From Mustelus asterias (taxonomy: Eukaryota), in assembly GCF_964213995.1 (NCBI RefSeq), contig NW_027590173.1, forward strand, positions 434,001-498,000: DNA of 64,000 nucleotides, read 5' to 3'. Below are positions 35,972-48,879 of the stretch, piece by piece. Every line of letters begins with the position of its first letter. Position 1 is the first letter of the stretch. The translations under genes and the position numbers were made by a program. The notes under the pieces are model-generated. The model saw nothing but the letters and a program-made list of their open reading frames with translations, searched no databases and was not told the origin of the DNA.

Positions 35972-37094
35972 TTTGGACCAGGGAGCGGCGCGGGCTAATT
36001 GTTCTTTGTTTCTCGTTTCAAGGCTTCATTCTATGATCATCTTGCTGGTGCCAGTACAGAGCGAGACTGCGGATAGTTGGGAACCTGTCTCGGGGGCAGG
36101 GAATTCAGATGGTGTTCGTAAAGCAGAAGTGGAAATGAATAGGGTTGGGAAGCATTTTCTGATCAGGGCCAGTGTGATCTCCTGGACTCGTTTCGATCGC
36201 CTCAGGGGGTCGGAGAGGAATTTCCCAGATTTTTCTTTCTCCATATTGGCCCTGGGGTTTTCACTCTGGGTTTTTGCCTCTCCCTGGAGATCACATGGTC
36301 TGGAATGGGGGGGTGGGGGTGAGTTAATAGGTTGTGATGAACAAAGCATCGTAGCTGTGAGGGACAGCTTGGTGGATAGGATATTAGGATGTAGATAGGC
36401 TGGAAAATTGGGCGGGGATCCTGGATTCAATCCTGGACCGGGGAGCGGCGCGGGCTTGGAGGGCCGAAGGGCCTGTTCCTGTGCTGTATTGTTCTTTGTT
36501 CTTTTTCGTACTATTGACACATACAGTATTTTAATGCAAGTTGCTGCTGTTTATTGGGGAAACTATCCCAGTGAACATAAATGCTCCTATTTCAAATATA
36601 ATTGCTTTAAAATGTGATAATCTGCGAGGACATTCATCTGCAGCCCATCGGTTTTCAGTCAGTCACTATCTGGAAAAGTGTTAATTATTGTCTATGCGAA
36701 TGTGCAAGCGTTTCTGCAATGGCTATATCTGTGTGAGTGGGCTCCTGTTTGAGACATGCTTCATATTCTGAACCTAATTGACGCAATTTTCAACACTCGC
36801 TGCGACTCGAAACACGTGCGGAGAAAGTGGATTTGCGGAATTATTGCTCGGAAACTGAAATGATCGCAGGTTTAATAAAACCACTTTAAAATTGAATTGC
36901 GGCAGAATTGTTAACGGCATCGTTTTTACTCTAACCATCGAAGGATTGGAGATATGAGTGACCCCAATGCAACGGAGAGTTAATTGTAACATTGAGAGGT
37001 TTCAGTACTGGAGTCCTGGGAATATTCTGTCCTGGGAATTCAAACACGAGAATCGTTAACAGGAGATCGCAGCTCTTTCATTTGCCGATTTTGT

Positions 37095-37110
37095 GGCTCT
37101 TAAAAGAGCC
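37095..37110 (-). terminator. Histone 3' stem-loop (H3), with HDE AAAGAGCTG at about 37070-37078
   Basis: Reverse complement GGCTCTTTTAAGAGCC. Confidence 0.95.
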
Positions 37111-37139
37111 GTTGTTGTACTTGGTGCTGAAGTCGGGGT

Positions 37140-37610
<471 letters not shown>

Positions 37611-38835
37611 TTAAACTCTGTGAGGAACCGCCCCCAGCGGGAATTGGCCCAGGAAGTTTCAATCAAACTCTGACCAGGGAATTAATGTCTGTAACTCAGG
37701 TTCTGATTGGTTCAGTTGTTTTGTTAACCGCGCCTTTCAGAAATTGGGCCGTTTTCGATGCAGGAAATAGCCGTCTGTATAAAAGACGGCTATTTATCCC
37801 GTCCTTATTAAAACAAACATTACTCGAAATATTGAAGATTTGAAGTCTATCTCCCTGCACTGAGTGCTTTAGACCCTTTCCCCGCTCTCTGGGCTGTTCA
37901 TTCCCAGAATCTCCCGCTGTTCCACTCGATCCCTGTCCCTTTCCTCTCCAGCCCATTCAGATTTCCCCTCTCCTGCCGCTTGTAACATTCGCCGCCGTTT
38001 CCGGGGAAAGGATCAGAAATCCTTCTCTGTGTCTCCCTGAAGCCGGTGTGAAAGGGGTTGAGTCTGTTGTTTGTTACAGAGAGTGACTTCATATTTGTCC
38101 CGTTTGACATTACTGAATAGAGCCGTTTACCGCCCGTGGCGGACAAATGTTCAGAAATGAAACCTCTTTGTAAAATAATCTTAGAGCAGAATATTAATTG
38201 AGAATCTATTTTTAATAAGTTAAGAATTTGTCTCAATTCCCTTTCCCGCGCTGAAATTGGCGGCATTTCCCCCCAATTCAAAATTTCTGCCGGTTGACAG
38301 TTGAAGCCAATGATTGGTTCAATGTTCACATTCGATGCTCTGCGATTGGTTCAGAGCTGCGAATGCGGAGAGGATGGCCAATCAGAAGCAGGCTGGGGTT
38401 GGAGCGGCTCAAACTGCGGGAATTGCGGGTTTGTGAATGACTGAGCGGAAACTGATCAGTTTCACAAAGCGTCAGTTTCAGTGCAGGAAACAACCGTCTG
38501 GGGCAAATAGCATCACAACTGGGACTGGTTCCAGTGAACGATTCACCGGCTGCTGCTACTAAACTCCGCTATTCCAGAGAAAGCTTTGATACACTATGAA
38601 AACACTGTGATTAGGCAGGAGTGATGTGGCGTTTCACTGAGGGCACATGTCAACTGTGGGCTGATTCGACAATACACTAAATTTCAAAAACAATCCGCAT
38701 GGCTGCTCCAAATGAAATGTTAAATTCGGTGATTCCCGCACTGTAACCTAAACAAAACAAACATGCATCTCAAACATTGAACAGCCTGTCCCAGCTCCGT
38801 CCCCAGGTCACTGCTCTCTCTGTGAAGCGGTGAGT

Positions 38836-38851
38836 GGCCCTTAAAAGAGCC
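38836..38851 (-). terminator. Histone 3' stem-loop (H4)
   Basis: Reverse complement GGCTCTTTTAAGGGCC (one G-U pair). Confidence 0.92.
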
Positions 38852-38885
38852 TTTGTTGTGTGTTCGGGAGAAAGGATCGAGTTGT

Positions 38886-39206
<321 letters not shown>

Positions 39207-39253
39207 TCACTCAGATCACTGCGCAATATGAGACAGGAACTTTTTCAGGCTCC

Positions 39254-39290
39254 TTTTATACAGCCCGCCCCGACCTGACTGAGAAAGGCG
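39254..39290 (-). promoter_or_regulatory. H4 promoter: TATAAAA, GC box and site-II-like TCAGTCAGGTCGG
   Basis: Resembles the vertebrate H4 site II / HiNF-P element (TCAATCTGGTCCG, as recalled). Confidence 0.55.
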
Positions 39291-40030
39291 GAGTGAGAGC
39301 AGAGAGGGGAGGAGGGAGTGAAGATTAAACACAGAGCGGGAGGGAGGAGAGAGCCGGACCGACACACACACACAAACACAGAACGGCCCCTGATCTTTCA
39401 GCTCCACCTCCAGTTTCTGCAACCGCCAATTTCAACCCGTTTATTAACAATGGAAGCGAAACACAGCTCCCCACACAAACCCTTCCAGAGCCGCCCTTCA
39501 CACACAAGAGTTTCCACAAACCCGGAGCTTTGAAATATGGAATCAAAACAGAAAATGCTGCAAATAATCAGCAGCTCCGGCAGCTTTTGTGAAGAGAGAG
39601 AGACAGAGTTAACGATTCGGGTCGTGACTCTTTGCTTTTGTGTTTTTAAACCTGGCCCCGTTATAATTCCCAGTCAGTAATATTCCGACCTAAACACAGC
39701 AAGAATCTCCCTCAGTAACATCCTCACCCACATCCGCTTCCAGCTGTTTACAAATACCTTATTGCAGCTGTTTGGGGAAATCTCCTGTGTTAAAATTGAA
39801 GTTGGAAAGCGGTATTTAGCCGCCAGTGTTACTGTCTCACACTGAATCTACCAGACATCTTTATTATGAGAGAAAGTGACGATTGAACAAATGTGAAATT
39901 CAAATGAAATTCAGTATCTGCTGTGTTTTGCTTTAGTCTGAATTTGAAATGATCTCTATTGAGAATGAGCCGGGCCGCGGGACAGGAATCATTTCCTTTC
40001 GGGATCAGCTCTTTCCTGAGAGATGTGGGT

Positions 40031-40046
40031 GGCTCTGAGAAGAGCC
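40031..40046 (-). terminator. Histone 3' stem-loop (H1), with HDE AAAGAGCTG at about 40006-40014
   Basis: Reverse complement GGCTCTTCTCAGAGCC. Confidence 0.92.
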
Positions 40047-40082
40047 TTTGGGTTCAGAGGTTTACAATTTGCTCGGGTTGTT

Positions 40083-40733
40083 TCACTTCTTTCCTGACGC
40101 TTTCTTCGCTTTTGCTGCTTTCACTTTGGGTTTGGCCTTCGATTTAGTCGCTTTTTTGACAGACTTTCCGCCCGTCACCTTCTTCACAGGAGACTTTTTC
40201 TTCAGGGCTGCTTTCTTCACCGCCTTTTTTGGAGTTGCCGCCTTCTTGCTGCTTGTTTTCTTCACTGTTGATTTCTTCACTGGAGTTTTCTTTGCTGCGA
40301 GTTTCTTGGCTGCGGGTTTCTTTGTTGTCACCTTCTTGGCCGCTGTTTTCTTTACTAAAGATTTCTTGGCTGTTGGTTTCTTCAACTTCTTTCCCATTTT
40401 CCCCGGGCTTTCCTTCTGAGCGAGTTTGAAGGAGCCGGAGGCGCCCTGTCCCTTTGTCTGCACCAGAGACCCTGTCTCCACCTTCCTCTTGATCGTTAAC
40501 CTGATCTGGGAGACGCGCTTCCCCACATCCACTCCGCTGCCAGCCAAAGCTTTCTTTATCGCGGCCAGGGACATCCCCTTGCGATCGCTGCAACCCGCCA
40601 CAACATTGAGGATCTGCTCGCCTAACTTGGGACCGGCTGCCGCAGGTCGGGGAGCCGCCTTCTTCTTCCTGGGAGACTTCACTTGAGCGGGAGCGGCTGG
40701 AGGAGCCGTTTCGGCGGCTGCACTTTCAGTCAT
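40083..40733 (-). CDS. H1: Linker histone H1, replication-dependent, divergent globular domain (216 aa)
   Basis: SLAAIKKALA...LVQTKGQGASGSFKL winged-helix motifs, K/A/P-rich tail with S/TPxK sites; H1-box AAACACA at 40876-40882. Confidence 0.95.
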   Translation of the reverse strand: MTESAAAETAPPAAPAQVKSPRKKKAAPRPAAAGPKLGEQILNVVAGCSDRKGMSLAAIKKALAGSGVDVGKRVSQIRLTIKRKVETGSLVQTKGQGASGSFKLAQKESPGKMGKKLKKPTAKKSLVKKTAAKKVTTKKPAAKKLAAKKTPVKKSTVKKTSSKKAATPKKAVKKAALKKKSPVKKVTGGKSVKKATKSKAKPKVKAAKAKKASGKK

Positions 40734-41531
40734 ATCCGAGAGTGTGTGGAAAATCTGTGTGAGTCAGAACTGGATCCGAAATGAACCCAGTGGTGGCGGC
40801 ACAGAGCAACTTAAAGGCAGAGAGCGGACGGAGCAGAGACAAGCTGCTGTCAGCTCCCGGCTCCTCCAGCCTCTCTGTGTTTCTCTCTCCTCACAAACTC
40901 TCCCCTTGCAATGAAATTCCGCCTCTCCAGAGATCCAGCTCACATCCTTCATGTCTCTGACACACGAATGTTTGCTGTTGAAAAGGTTTCACTCGAACTG
41001 AGAACTCCATTTTCCACTGAAACCCGTTTTACTGCTGCACTGATCGCGCTCTCACACGCGATAGCTGACATGTTCTCTACTTTTCCACTGAAATCTTCAA
41101 TTTAGCGAAACAATTGCCTTGAAATCTCATTTTGGGGCTCAGCAGGGGGATTGGGGGGAATCTTTGATTGAAAATCGTTTTATTTTACACAAGAGAAACT
41201 CGGAGATCTCATGATCAGAACAGACACACAAACACAGTTGGATTAGTCTGACCCGCCCGCTCCTTTCATACACTCTCTCTTCCACAATATTCACACCTAC
41301 ACATTCACAGGACAAAACCTTTACCAACTGTAAGGTCCCAGCACGGAATGTTTTACTCTTTCCGGCCTTTGCTCCGGATGCCAGGGGGTTAGTTACAGTT
41401 TTTCACCTCAGTAACTGTTAAACACTCTGAGGCCCGCTCCCCACAGTTTGTCTTTGAATTCATTCATGGAATGTGAGTGTCGCTGTCTGGGTCAGTATTT
41501 ATTGCCCAGACTAGCTGCAGGAAGGATGTTT

Positions 41532-42018
41532 TAGAACATAGAACATAGAAAGCCACAGCACAAACAGGCCCTTCGGCCCACAAGTTGCGCTGATCATATC
41601 CCTACCTCTCGGCCTATCTATAGCCCTCAATCCCATTAAATCCCATGTACTCATCCAGAAGTCTCTTAAAAGACCCCAACGAGTTTGCCTCCACCACCAC
41701 CGACGTCAGCCGATTCCACTCACCCACCACCCTCTGAGTGAAAAACTTACCCCTAACATCACCTCTGTACCTACCCCCCAGCACCTTAAACCTGTGTCCT
41801 CTCGTAGCAACCATTTTAGCCCTTGGAAATAGCCTCTGAGAGTCTACCCTATCCAGACCTCTCAACATCTTGTAAACCTCTATCAGGTCACCTCTCATCC
41901 TTCGTCTCTCCAGGGAGAAGAGACCAAGCTCCCTCAACCTATCCTCATAAGGCATGCCCCCCAATCCAGGCAACATCCTTGTAAATCTCCTCTGCACCCT
42001 TTCAATGGCTTCAACATA
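41532..42018 (-). mobile_element. Young 5'-truncated CR1 3' end
   Basis: Open ORF2 C-terminus VEAIERVQRRFTRMLPGL...; (TTCTATG)n tail. Confidence 0.9.
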
Positions 42019-42019
42019 C

Positions 42020-42348
42020 GGCATAAATGGGTCTTTGTCCTTGGTTGGGGAATGTAGAACAAGGGGACACAGTCTTAGGATACAAGGTTCACCATTTAGA
42101 AATGAGATGAGGAGAGATTTCTTCACTTAGAACCTGTGGAATTCTCTACCACAGAAGCTGTGGCGACCAAGTCACTGCATATATTCAAGAAGGAGAGAGA
42201 TAAATTTTTAGATTTTAATGGCATCAAGGGGTATTGGGGAAAACTGAGAATATGGAATTGAGATATAGGATCAGCCATGACCACATTGAATGATGCAACA
42301 GGCTCAAAGGCCTGAATGGCCGACTCCTGTTCCGAGTTTCTATGTTTC
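42020..42348 (+). mobile_element. CR1 3' fragment
   Basis: AGAACAAGGGGACACAGTCT (RTRGHS) and a GGCCTGAATGGCCGACTCCTG tail. Confidence 0.75.
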
Positions 42349-42350
42349 CA

Positions 42351-42463
42351 AGTTCTGATGAAAGGTCACAGACCTGAAAAACTAACTCTGTTTCTCTCTG
42401 TAGACAGATGCTGCACAATCTGCTGAGCTTTCTTTTCTGTTTCATTTCAGATTTCCAGCGTCT
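42351..42463 (+). mobile_element. Second Penelope-like pLTR family with a degenerate hammerhead (other copies at about 18190-18290, 39545-39632, 55450-55545)
   Basis: AGTT-CTGATGA-A-AGGTC-ACA-GACCT-GAAA-aact-AACT, then CTGTTTCTCTC...CAGATGCTG...TTTCAGATTTCCAGC. Confidence 0.6.
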
Positions 42464-42689
42464 GAACTGAACCCAGCCAGAGTCAGCACCTTCAGGAGAG
42501 AGAGAGAGAGGAATCAGTGAGTGTAGAACTGAACACAGCCAGAGTCAGCACCTTCAATAGAGAGAGAGGAACCAGTGAGTGTAGAACTGAACACAGCCAG
42601 AGTCAGCACCTTCAGGAGAAAGAGAGAGAGGAATCAGTGAGTGTAGAACTGAACCCAGCCAGAGTCAGCACCTTCAGGGGATAGAGAGG
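42464..42689. repeat. 58-62-bp minisatellite, about 3.7 units
   Basis: GAACTGAACCCAGCCAGAGTCAGCACCTTCAG(GA)nGGAATCAGTGAGTGTA; units start at 42464, 42526, 42584 and 42646. Confidence 0.92.
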
Positions 42690-42849
42690 TAATTAATTTA
42701 AGCCCTGTATTCAAAATCAGAAGTAGAGAGGATTTGATTTGATTTATTATTGTCACATGTATTAACATATTGTTTCTTGCGCGCTATCCAGACAAAACAT
42801 ACCGTTCATAGAGAAGGAAATGAGAGAGTGCAGAATGTAGTGTTACAGG

Positions 42850-43765
42850 AAAGAGGGGACCAATGACCAGTGAGCTGAACGTCGGTCGTAGGGCAGTTGC
42901 TGGAGTCCATTATCAAGCGTTTGAAAAGCAGTGCTCTAATCAGATAAAGTCAGCATGGATTTACAAAAGGGAAATCATGCTTGACAAAACTACTAGAATT
43001 CTTTGAGGATGTAACTAGTAGAGTTGACCAGGGAGAACCGGTGGATGTGATTTATTTCGACTTTCAGAAGGCTTTGGACAAGGTCTTACATAACGGTTTT
43101 AAGTTATAAAGTTTAAAGTTTGTTGATTAGTGTCACAAGTAGGTTTACATTAACACTGCAATGAAGTTATTGTGAAAATCCCCCAGTCGCCATACTCTGC
43201 CACCTGTTCGGGTAGATTGAGAGAATTAAGCATGGCCAATGCAACTAACCAGCATGTCTTTCAGACTGTGGGAGGAAACCAGAGCATCCAGAGGAAACCC
43301 ACGCACACACAGAGGGAACATGCAAACTCTACAAGTGACCCAAGCCAGGAATCGAACCGGGCTCCCTGGCGCTGTGAGACAGCAGTGCCAACCACTGTGC
43401 CGCCGTGCCACCCTGCTACTATGTAAAATTAAAGTACATGGGATTGTGGGTAGCGTCTTGAGATGGATAGAAAGCTGGTTAGCAGACAGGAAGCAAAGAG
43501 ATGGCATAAATGGGTCTTTTTCCAATTGGAAGGCAGTGATTAGTGGGGTACCGCAGGGATCTGTGCTTGGACCCCAACTGTTCATATTATACATTAATGA
43601 TTTGGACACAGGAACTAAATGTATTATCTCCAAACATGTAGATGATACAATATTGGGTTGGAGGGTGAGCTGTGAGGAGCATGCAGAGATCCTCCAGCGT
43701 GATTTGGACAGGCTGAGTGTGTGGGCATCTGCATGGCAGATGTGGTATAATGTGGATAAATATGC
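42850..43765 (+). mobile_element. CR1 RT fragment split by a SINE
   Basis: SQHGFTKGKSCLT and GVPQGSVLGPQLF motifs. Confidence 0.8.
43101..43413 (-). mobile_element. V-SINE-like SINE with the alternative tail
   Basis: Head GGGTGGCACGGCGGCACAGTGG; tail as in 17462-17716. Confidence 0.8.
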
Positions 43766-44084
43766 AGCGACCACTATGGGAATGTGGAAAATATGTAAGA
43801 AAATGTGGGTCCGTAACTCCCTTTCTTTAATATGGGGTGTGTCGTCTGGGCACATTCATCAGTCTGTGTGGGTTTGTGATGATTTCTGGACTCTATCAGT
43901 AGTACCATATCTGTGTGTCAGACTGATTAGTGTCATTCAGGATCAGGCTCTGTCAGTGAGTTCAGTAACAGTCTGTATCTGTCAGTGTCTGGTAATGGAC
44001 ATGTGCTGGAGAATGATTCTGAATCTGTCAGTCACCTGTTACTCTGACAGTGTGGGATTCATTACATAACCGCAGGCTTTGGGA

Positions 44085-44730
44085 CAGTTTAACAGTCTGG
44101 ATTCATTCCACATTGAAATTTCAGTGCAGAAACAGGCCATTGATGCTGTAGGTTTTTTCAAAAAGAATTCTAATTTTTGCCTTGTATTAAATCACTTTGT
44201 GTGAGCACAATTGTGGAGGATCATGCATCTTTTCATCTAACACGCCATTGTTAAGTAAAGGTAAGTGTAATTCACATTTTAATAATCAAATTGATTCCTT
44301 TATCATTCACTGTGTTTGGGAGAACTTTATACTTGAATGTTGAGCTCAGTTTGACTGTGAGAATTATTACAATTTCTGCCCTACACGTCTGAGGCTTTAA
44401 GTCAGGTATGTGATCTGTATCTCAGTTTGTACCAATTTATATGTATCCTTATTATAATAATCAGTGTGTGTCTCAGATTATACAATCATTTATTTCTATC
44501 TGGTATTTAATTGAATTGCAACTAATGCTACAATATTGTAGGACTGACACACTGACAATCTGATAGCGGGTGAGAATTTGGACTGGGATTTATGTATCTC
44601 CCTGTCAGTGGTACTGACTTGGGATGACATGGAAACAATGTCTGTCTCTCCTGCTCTGATTGATTGTTGGATTGAAAATGTGTCTCTGCAACCGGTTCTG
44701 CTGCCTGAGACTGTGGAACTGATGCACTCT
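44085..44730 (+). repeat. Diverged third paralog of the tRNA-Leu flanking block (direct to about 60565-61640), lacking the tRNA and LINE tail
   Basis: Shared CAGAAACAGGCCATTGATGC, TTTGGACTGGGATTTATG and AATGTCTGTCTCTCCTGCTCTG. Confidence 0.7.
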
Positions 44731-44896
44731 GAGAGAGAACAGACATACTGTGTGTGAGGAGCTCACTGCACTGTTCATTGCAACTCAGGTGAGGAAACTT
44801 CAAACTAACATTGATTGGTTCAATGATTTGCCTGTCAGGAATAATTTACTCATTGTAACCCAATTACAGGTGAGGGAATAATACACAGCCCTTGTT

Positions 44897-47720
44897 CAAT
44901 TTGATTTACTGTTGTCACATGTATTGGCATACTGTGAAAAGTATTTTTTCTTGTGCGCTATACAAGCAAAGCATACCATTCATAGAGTACATGGGGAGAA
45001 AGAAATGACAGAGTGCAGAATGTAGTGTTACATTCATAACTATTCTGCAGCAAAAGATCAATATAAGATAGGTCCATTCAAAAGTCTGATGGCAGCAGGG
45101 AAGATGCGGTTCTTGAGTTGGTTGGTACATGATCTCAGATGTTTGTATCTTTTTCCTGTTGAAAGAAGATGGATGAGAGAATGTCCGGGGTGCATGGGGG
45201 TCTTTGATTATGCTGGCTGCTTTTCTGACGTGATGGGAAGTGCAGACGGAGTCAATGGATGGGAGGCTGATTTGTGTGATGGACTGCGCTACTATAAGAA
45301 CTGTTCGTAGTTTAAGGCGGTCTTGGTAAGAGCAGGAGCCATACCAAGCTGTGATACATCTGGAAAGGGTATTTTCTATGGTGCATCTGTAAAACTTGGT
45401 GAGAGTCATAGCGGAAATCATAGAAATTATAGAAACCCGACAGTGCAGAAAGAGGCCATCTGGCCCATCGAGTCTGCACCGACCACAATCCCACCCAGGC
45501 CCTACCCATATCCCTACACATTTCCCTCTAACCTACACATCTCAGGACACTAAGGGGCAATTTTAGCATGGCCAATCAACCTAACCCGCACATCTTTGGA
45601 CTGTGGGAGGAAACCGGAGCACTCAGAGGAAACCCACGCAGACACGAGGAGAATGTGCAAACTCCACACAGGCAATGCTGAATTTCCTTAGCCTCCTGAG
45701 AAATTAGAGGTCTTACTTAACTATAGTGTCAGCGTGGAAGGACCAGGACAAGTTATTGGTGATCTCAACACCCAGAAACCTGAAGCTCTCGACAATTTCC
45801 ATTTCACCCCCATTGATGTAGACAGGGACATGTCCTCCACGATGCTTCCTGAAGTTAATGACAATCCCCTTTGTTTGGTTGACATTGAGGGAGAGATTAT
45901 TGTCGTTGCACTAATTTACCAGATTCTCTATCTCATTCCTATAGTCCGTCTCATCATTGTTTGAGATCCGACCCACTATGGTGGTATCATCAGCAAACTT
46001 GAAAATAGATTTGAAGCGGAATTTGGCCACACAGTCATAAGTGTATAAGGAGCATCGTCAGGGGTTGAGGATACAGCCTTGTGGGGCACTGGTGTTGAGA
46101 ATAATCATGGAGGAGGTGTCGTTGCTTATCTTTACTACTTGCGGTCTGTGGGTTAAGAAGTCTAGGATGCAGTCGCAGAGGGAGGAACCAAGCCCTAGCC
46201 ATGGTGTTTGAAGATGGGTTTTGTAGGAATAATGGTGTTGAAGGCTGAGCTGTAATCAATAAATGGGAATCTGACATGGGTCTTTGTTATCTAGTTGTTC
46301 CAGGGTTGAGTGTACGGTCAGGGAGATGGCATCTACTGTGGACCTGTTGCAGCAGTAGGTGAACTGTCGTGGATCCAGGCAATCTGGGAGACTGGAGCTG
46401 ATCCGTGCCATGACTAACCTTTCGAAGCAGTTCATAATGATGGATGTCAGAGCTACCAGGCAATAGTCATGAAGGCACGATGCCTGGCTTTTCTTTGGTA
46501 GAGGGATGATGTCATCTTCTTGAAGCAGATAGGGACCTCAGATTGGTGAAAGGAGAGGTTAAAGATGTCTGCGAATACCCCTGCCAGCTGGTCCACGCTG
46601 GATCTAAGTGCCTGTCCCCGTACCCCATCCAGGCCAGTCGCTTTCCGTGGGTTAACTTTCAAGAAGGCTGATCTGAAGTCTGTGATGGTGACCTCGGATA
46701 CAGGTTCGGCCAAGGCTTTCAGAGTGGAGGGCATCCTCTCTCTTCCTCAAAACAGACATAGAATGCATTGAGCCCATCAGGGAGAGGGGCATTGTCGCTG
46801 GCAATTCGACATGCCTTCATCTGGTAGCCTGTTTTGCCTTTCAGACCTTACCATAAACGGTGGGAGTCCATGTGGCGAGCCTCGGACTCTAGCCTGGTCC
46901 GGTACTGGCACTTGGCATCTTTGATGGTTCCCTGTAGGTCACATCTGGATTTCTTTACAGTTCAGGGTCCCCTGACTGGAACCCCTCGGACCTGGACTTC
47001 AGGAAGCAGTGGATATCCCTGTTCATCCATGCTTTCCGGTTGGGAAAAACATGGATTTGCTTCTTTGGCTCAGTCTTCTATGCAATGACTAAGGAAGTCA
47101 GTTACTGTACTGACGTACTCATTCAAGTGCTTATCTGAGGCCGCTGTACGGTCCATTCGGTGGATGGAGAAGCCCTGAGGTTGTAGGGCACTGTCCGGTG
47201 AAGCAGGTGTGGTCTGTGTCTCCGTGAAACAGAGCACACAGCAGTCTCTCAGTTCCCTTTGAAAAGTGAGTCTGGTTTTAAGTTCATCTAGATTGTGTTC
47301 CAGAGATGGAACATTTGCCAGGAGTAAGCTGGGGAGGGGGGCCTTGGAACCACATTGTTTCAGTCTCACCTGCAAGCCTGCGCGTTTCCCACGCTTCCTG
47401 GGGTGGCTGCTTCCTGTCGTGCCTGTGAGACGGTGTTTAGTCTGTGGGATCAAGGGTGTAGCTGTATCCTGTTTCCGCTTTGGTTGGTGTGTGGATGGAG
47501 GATTTGTTGCCATGGTCACGGTTCCTGCGTCGGCAGTCGGGTCTGAGCGGTTGGGAGTTCCGGGTCGCTGTCGGGCTGCGGTTTGAGTTTGGAGGGTGTT
47601 CACACCACACTCCGCCGTGGACGGGTTGAAGGCCGGTTAGTGGATGGGGTCTCCGGGGTCACGGCTGGGTCCACGTGTTCGGGTTCTCCGGGTCACTGCC
47701 AGGTCGGGGTCTTCCTTCCG
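44897..47720 (-). mobile_element. Rex1/Babar-like LINE, internally deleted, with a SINE at 45414-45672
   Basis: PLPSLLLANVPSL...DELKTRLTFQRELRDCCVLCFTET, KVNPRKATG and FYRCTIE motifs; (AATCA)n tail. Confidence 0.85.
45414..45672 (-). mobile_element. 5'-truncated V-SINE/HE1-like SINE
   Basis: Body and tail match 22560-22902. Confidence 0.85.
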
Positions 47721-48189
47721 AGGTCAGAGGATCTCTAGTCTTGCAAATAAATTTAAAAGAGCAGTTTTAGTAATTTATAAATCTCAGTATATAATCATAA
47801 TGAACATCCACAAAGGAACCCCAGTGATACAAACATTGTCAATGTGTGACTGCAGGCCTCAGTGTCTGTGTACGAGATGCATGATCAGTGGCGGTAGGTG
47901 CTATGACAATTCAATGACATTCAGATAGAACTGAAACCCTGCACTGCTCCATGAATGGGATAACCGGATGGAGCAGGGACATTTGTAATGTTCATATTTC
48001 CATTCATTGCTCCCGTGTGATTAACCAGATCGTAATCAAAACCAAACAGTCTCTGTTTAAAATGTGTCCATCCTCGTTCTCACCTGGTGCCTGCAAGAGC
48101 TGCTCTTTGTCTAACTCCCCACATCCTGACTGTCTGCCTCTGCTTCCAATCTTCACTATCCAATAACAGACAACCAGGGGAGACTGGAA

Positions 48190-48790
48190 TTAGAGTCATT
48201 ACCGTATGGAAGGAGGCCATTCGCCACATCCAGTCCATGCTGGTTCTCCATGGAGCAATCCAGTCAGTCCCATTCTCCAGCTCTACCCCCATAGCCGACA
48301 AGTTTATTTCCCTCAAATGTCCCTCCAAATTCCTCTTTGAAATAATTCATCATCTCAGCTTCCAACCTCAGAGACAGCAACTTCCAGGTTGTCACTCGCT
48401 GCATGAGAAGTTCTTCCACACATCCCCCCAGTATGTCTTCCAAAACCTTCAACTTGTGCCCCCTCGTCCTTAAACTATCAGTGATTGGGATTAGCTTTTC
48501 TTTGTCTACCTGAACCACACCAGCCATAATCCTGTCCACCTCTATCAGATCTCTCTCTCAATCTGCTTTGCTCCAAAAAGATCAACCCCAGCTTCTGCAA
48601 CCTAACTTTGTGGCTAAAACCCCTCATTGCTGAAACCATTCTGGTCAATCTCCTCTGCACCCGCTGAACCACCGTCACATGTTTCCTCAAGTGTGCTGAG
48701 CAGAACTGGACTCAATGCTTCAGCTGTGATCCAATCAGAGTTTTCAAAAGGCTCAGCATAACTTGCATGATTCTGTACTCAATGCCTGTG
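48190..48790 (-). mobile_element. CR1 3' fragment
   Basis: QRVQRRLTRMV and LRTRGHKLKV motifs. Confidence 0.75.
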
Positions 48791-48879
48791 TCCTCATGGA
48801 GAGGGTCACTCATGTGGACGAGGAGGGTTTGAACTAAACTGGCAGGGGGATGGGCACCATTATATAGAATGGAAAAGAG

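Larger units (their letters stand above)
31630..36502 (+). mobile_element. Full-length CR1 LINE (5' UTR, ORF1, ORF2, extended 3' UTR), inactivated by small indels
   Basis: ORF1 pieces at 32047-33043 (Cys motif, LLRDRVMELE-like coil, IVVGDASVRG esterase); ORF2 33085-35971; tail TTGTTCTTTGTTCT. Confidence 0.95.
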
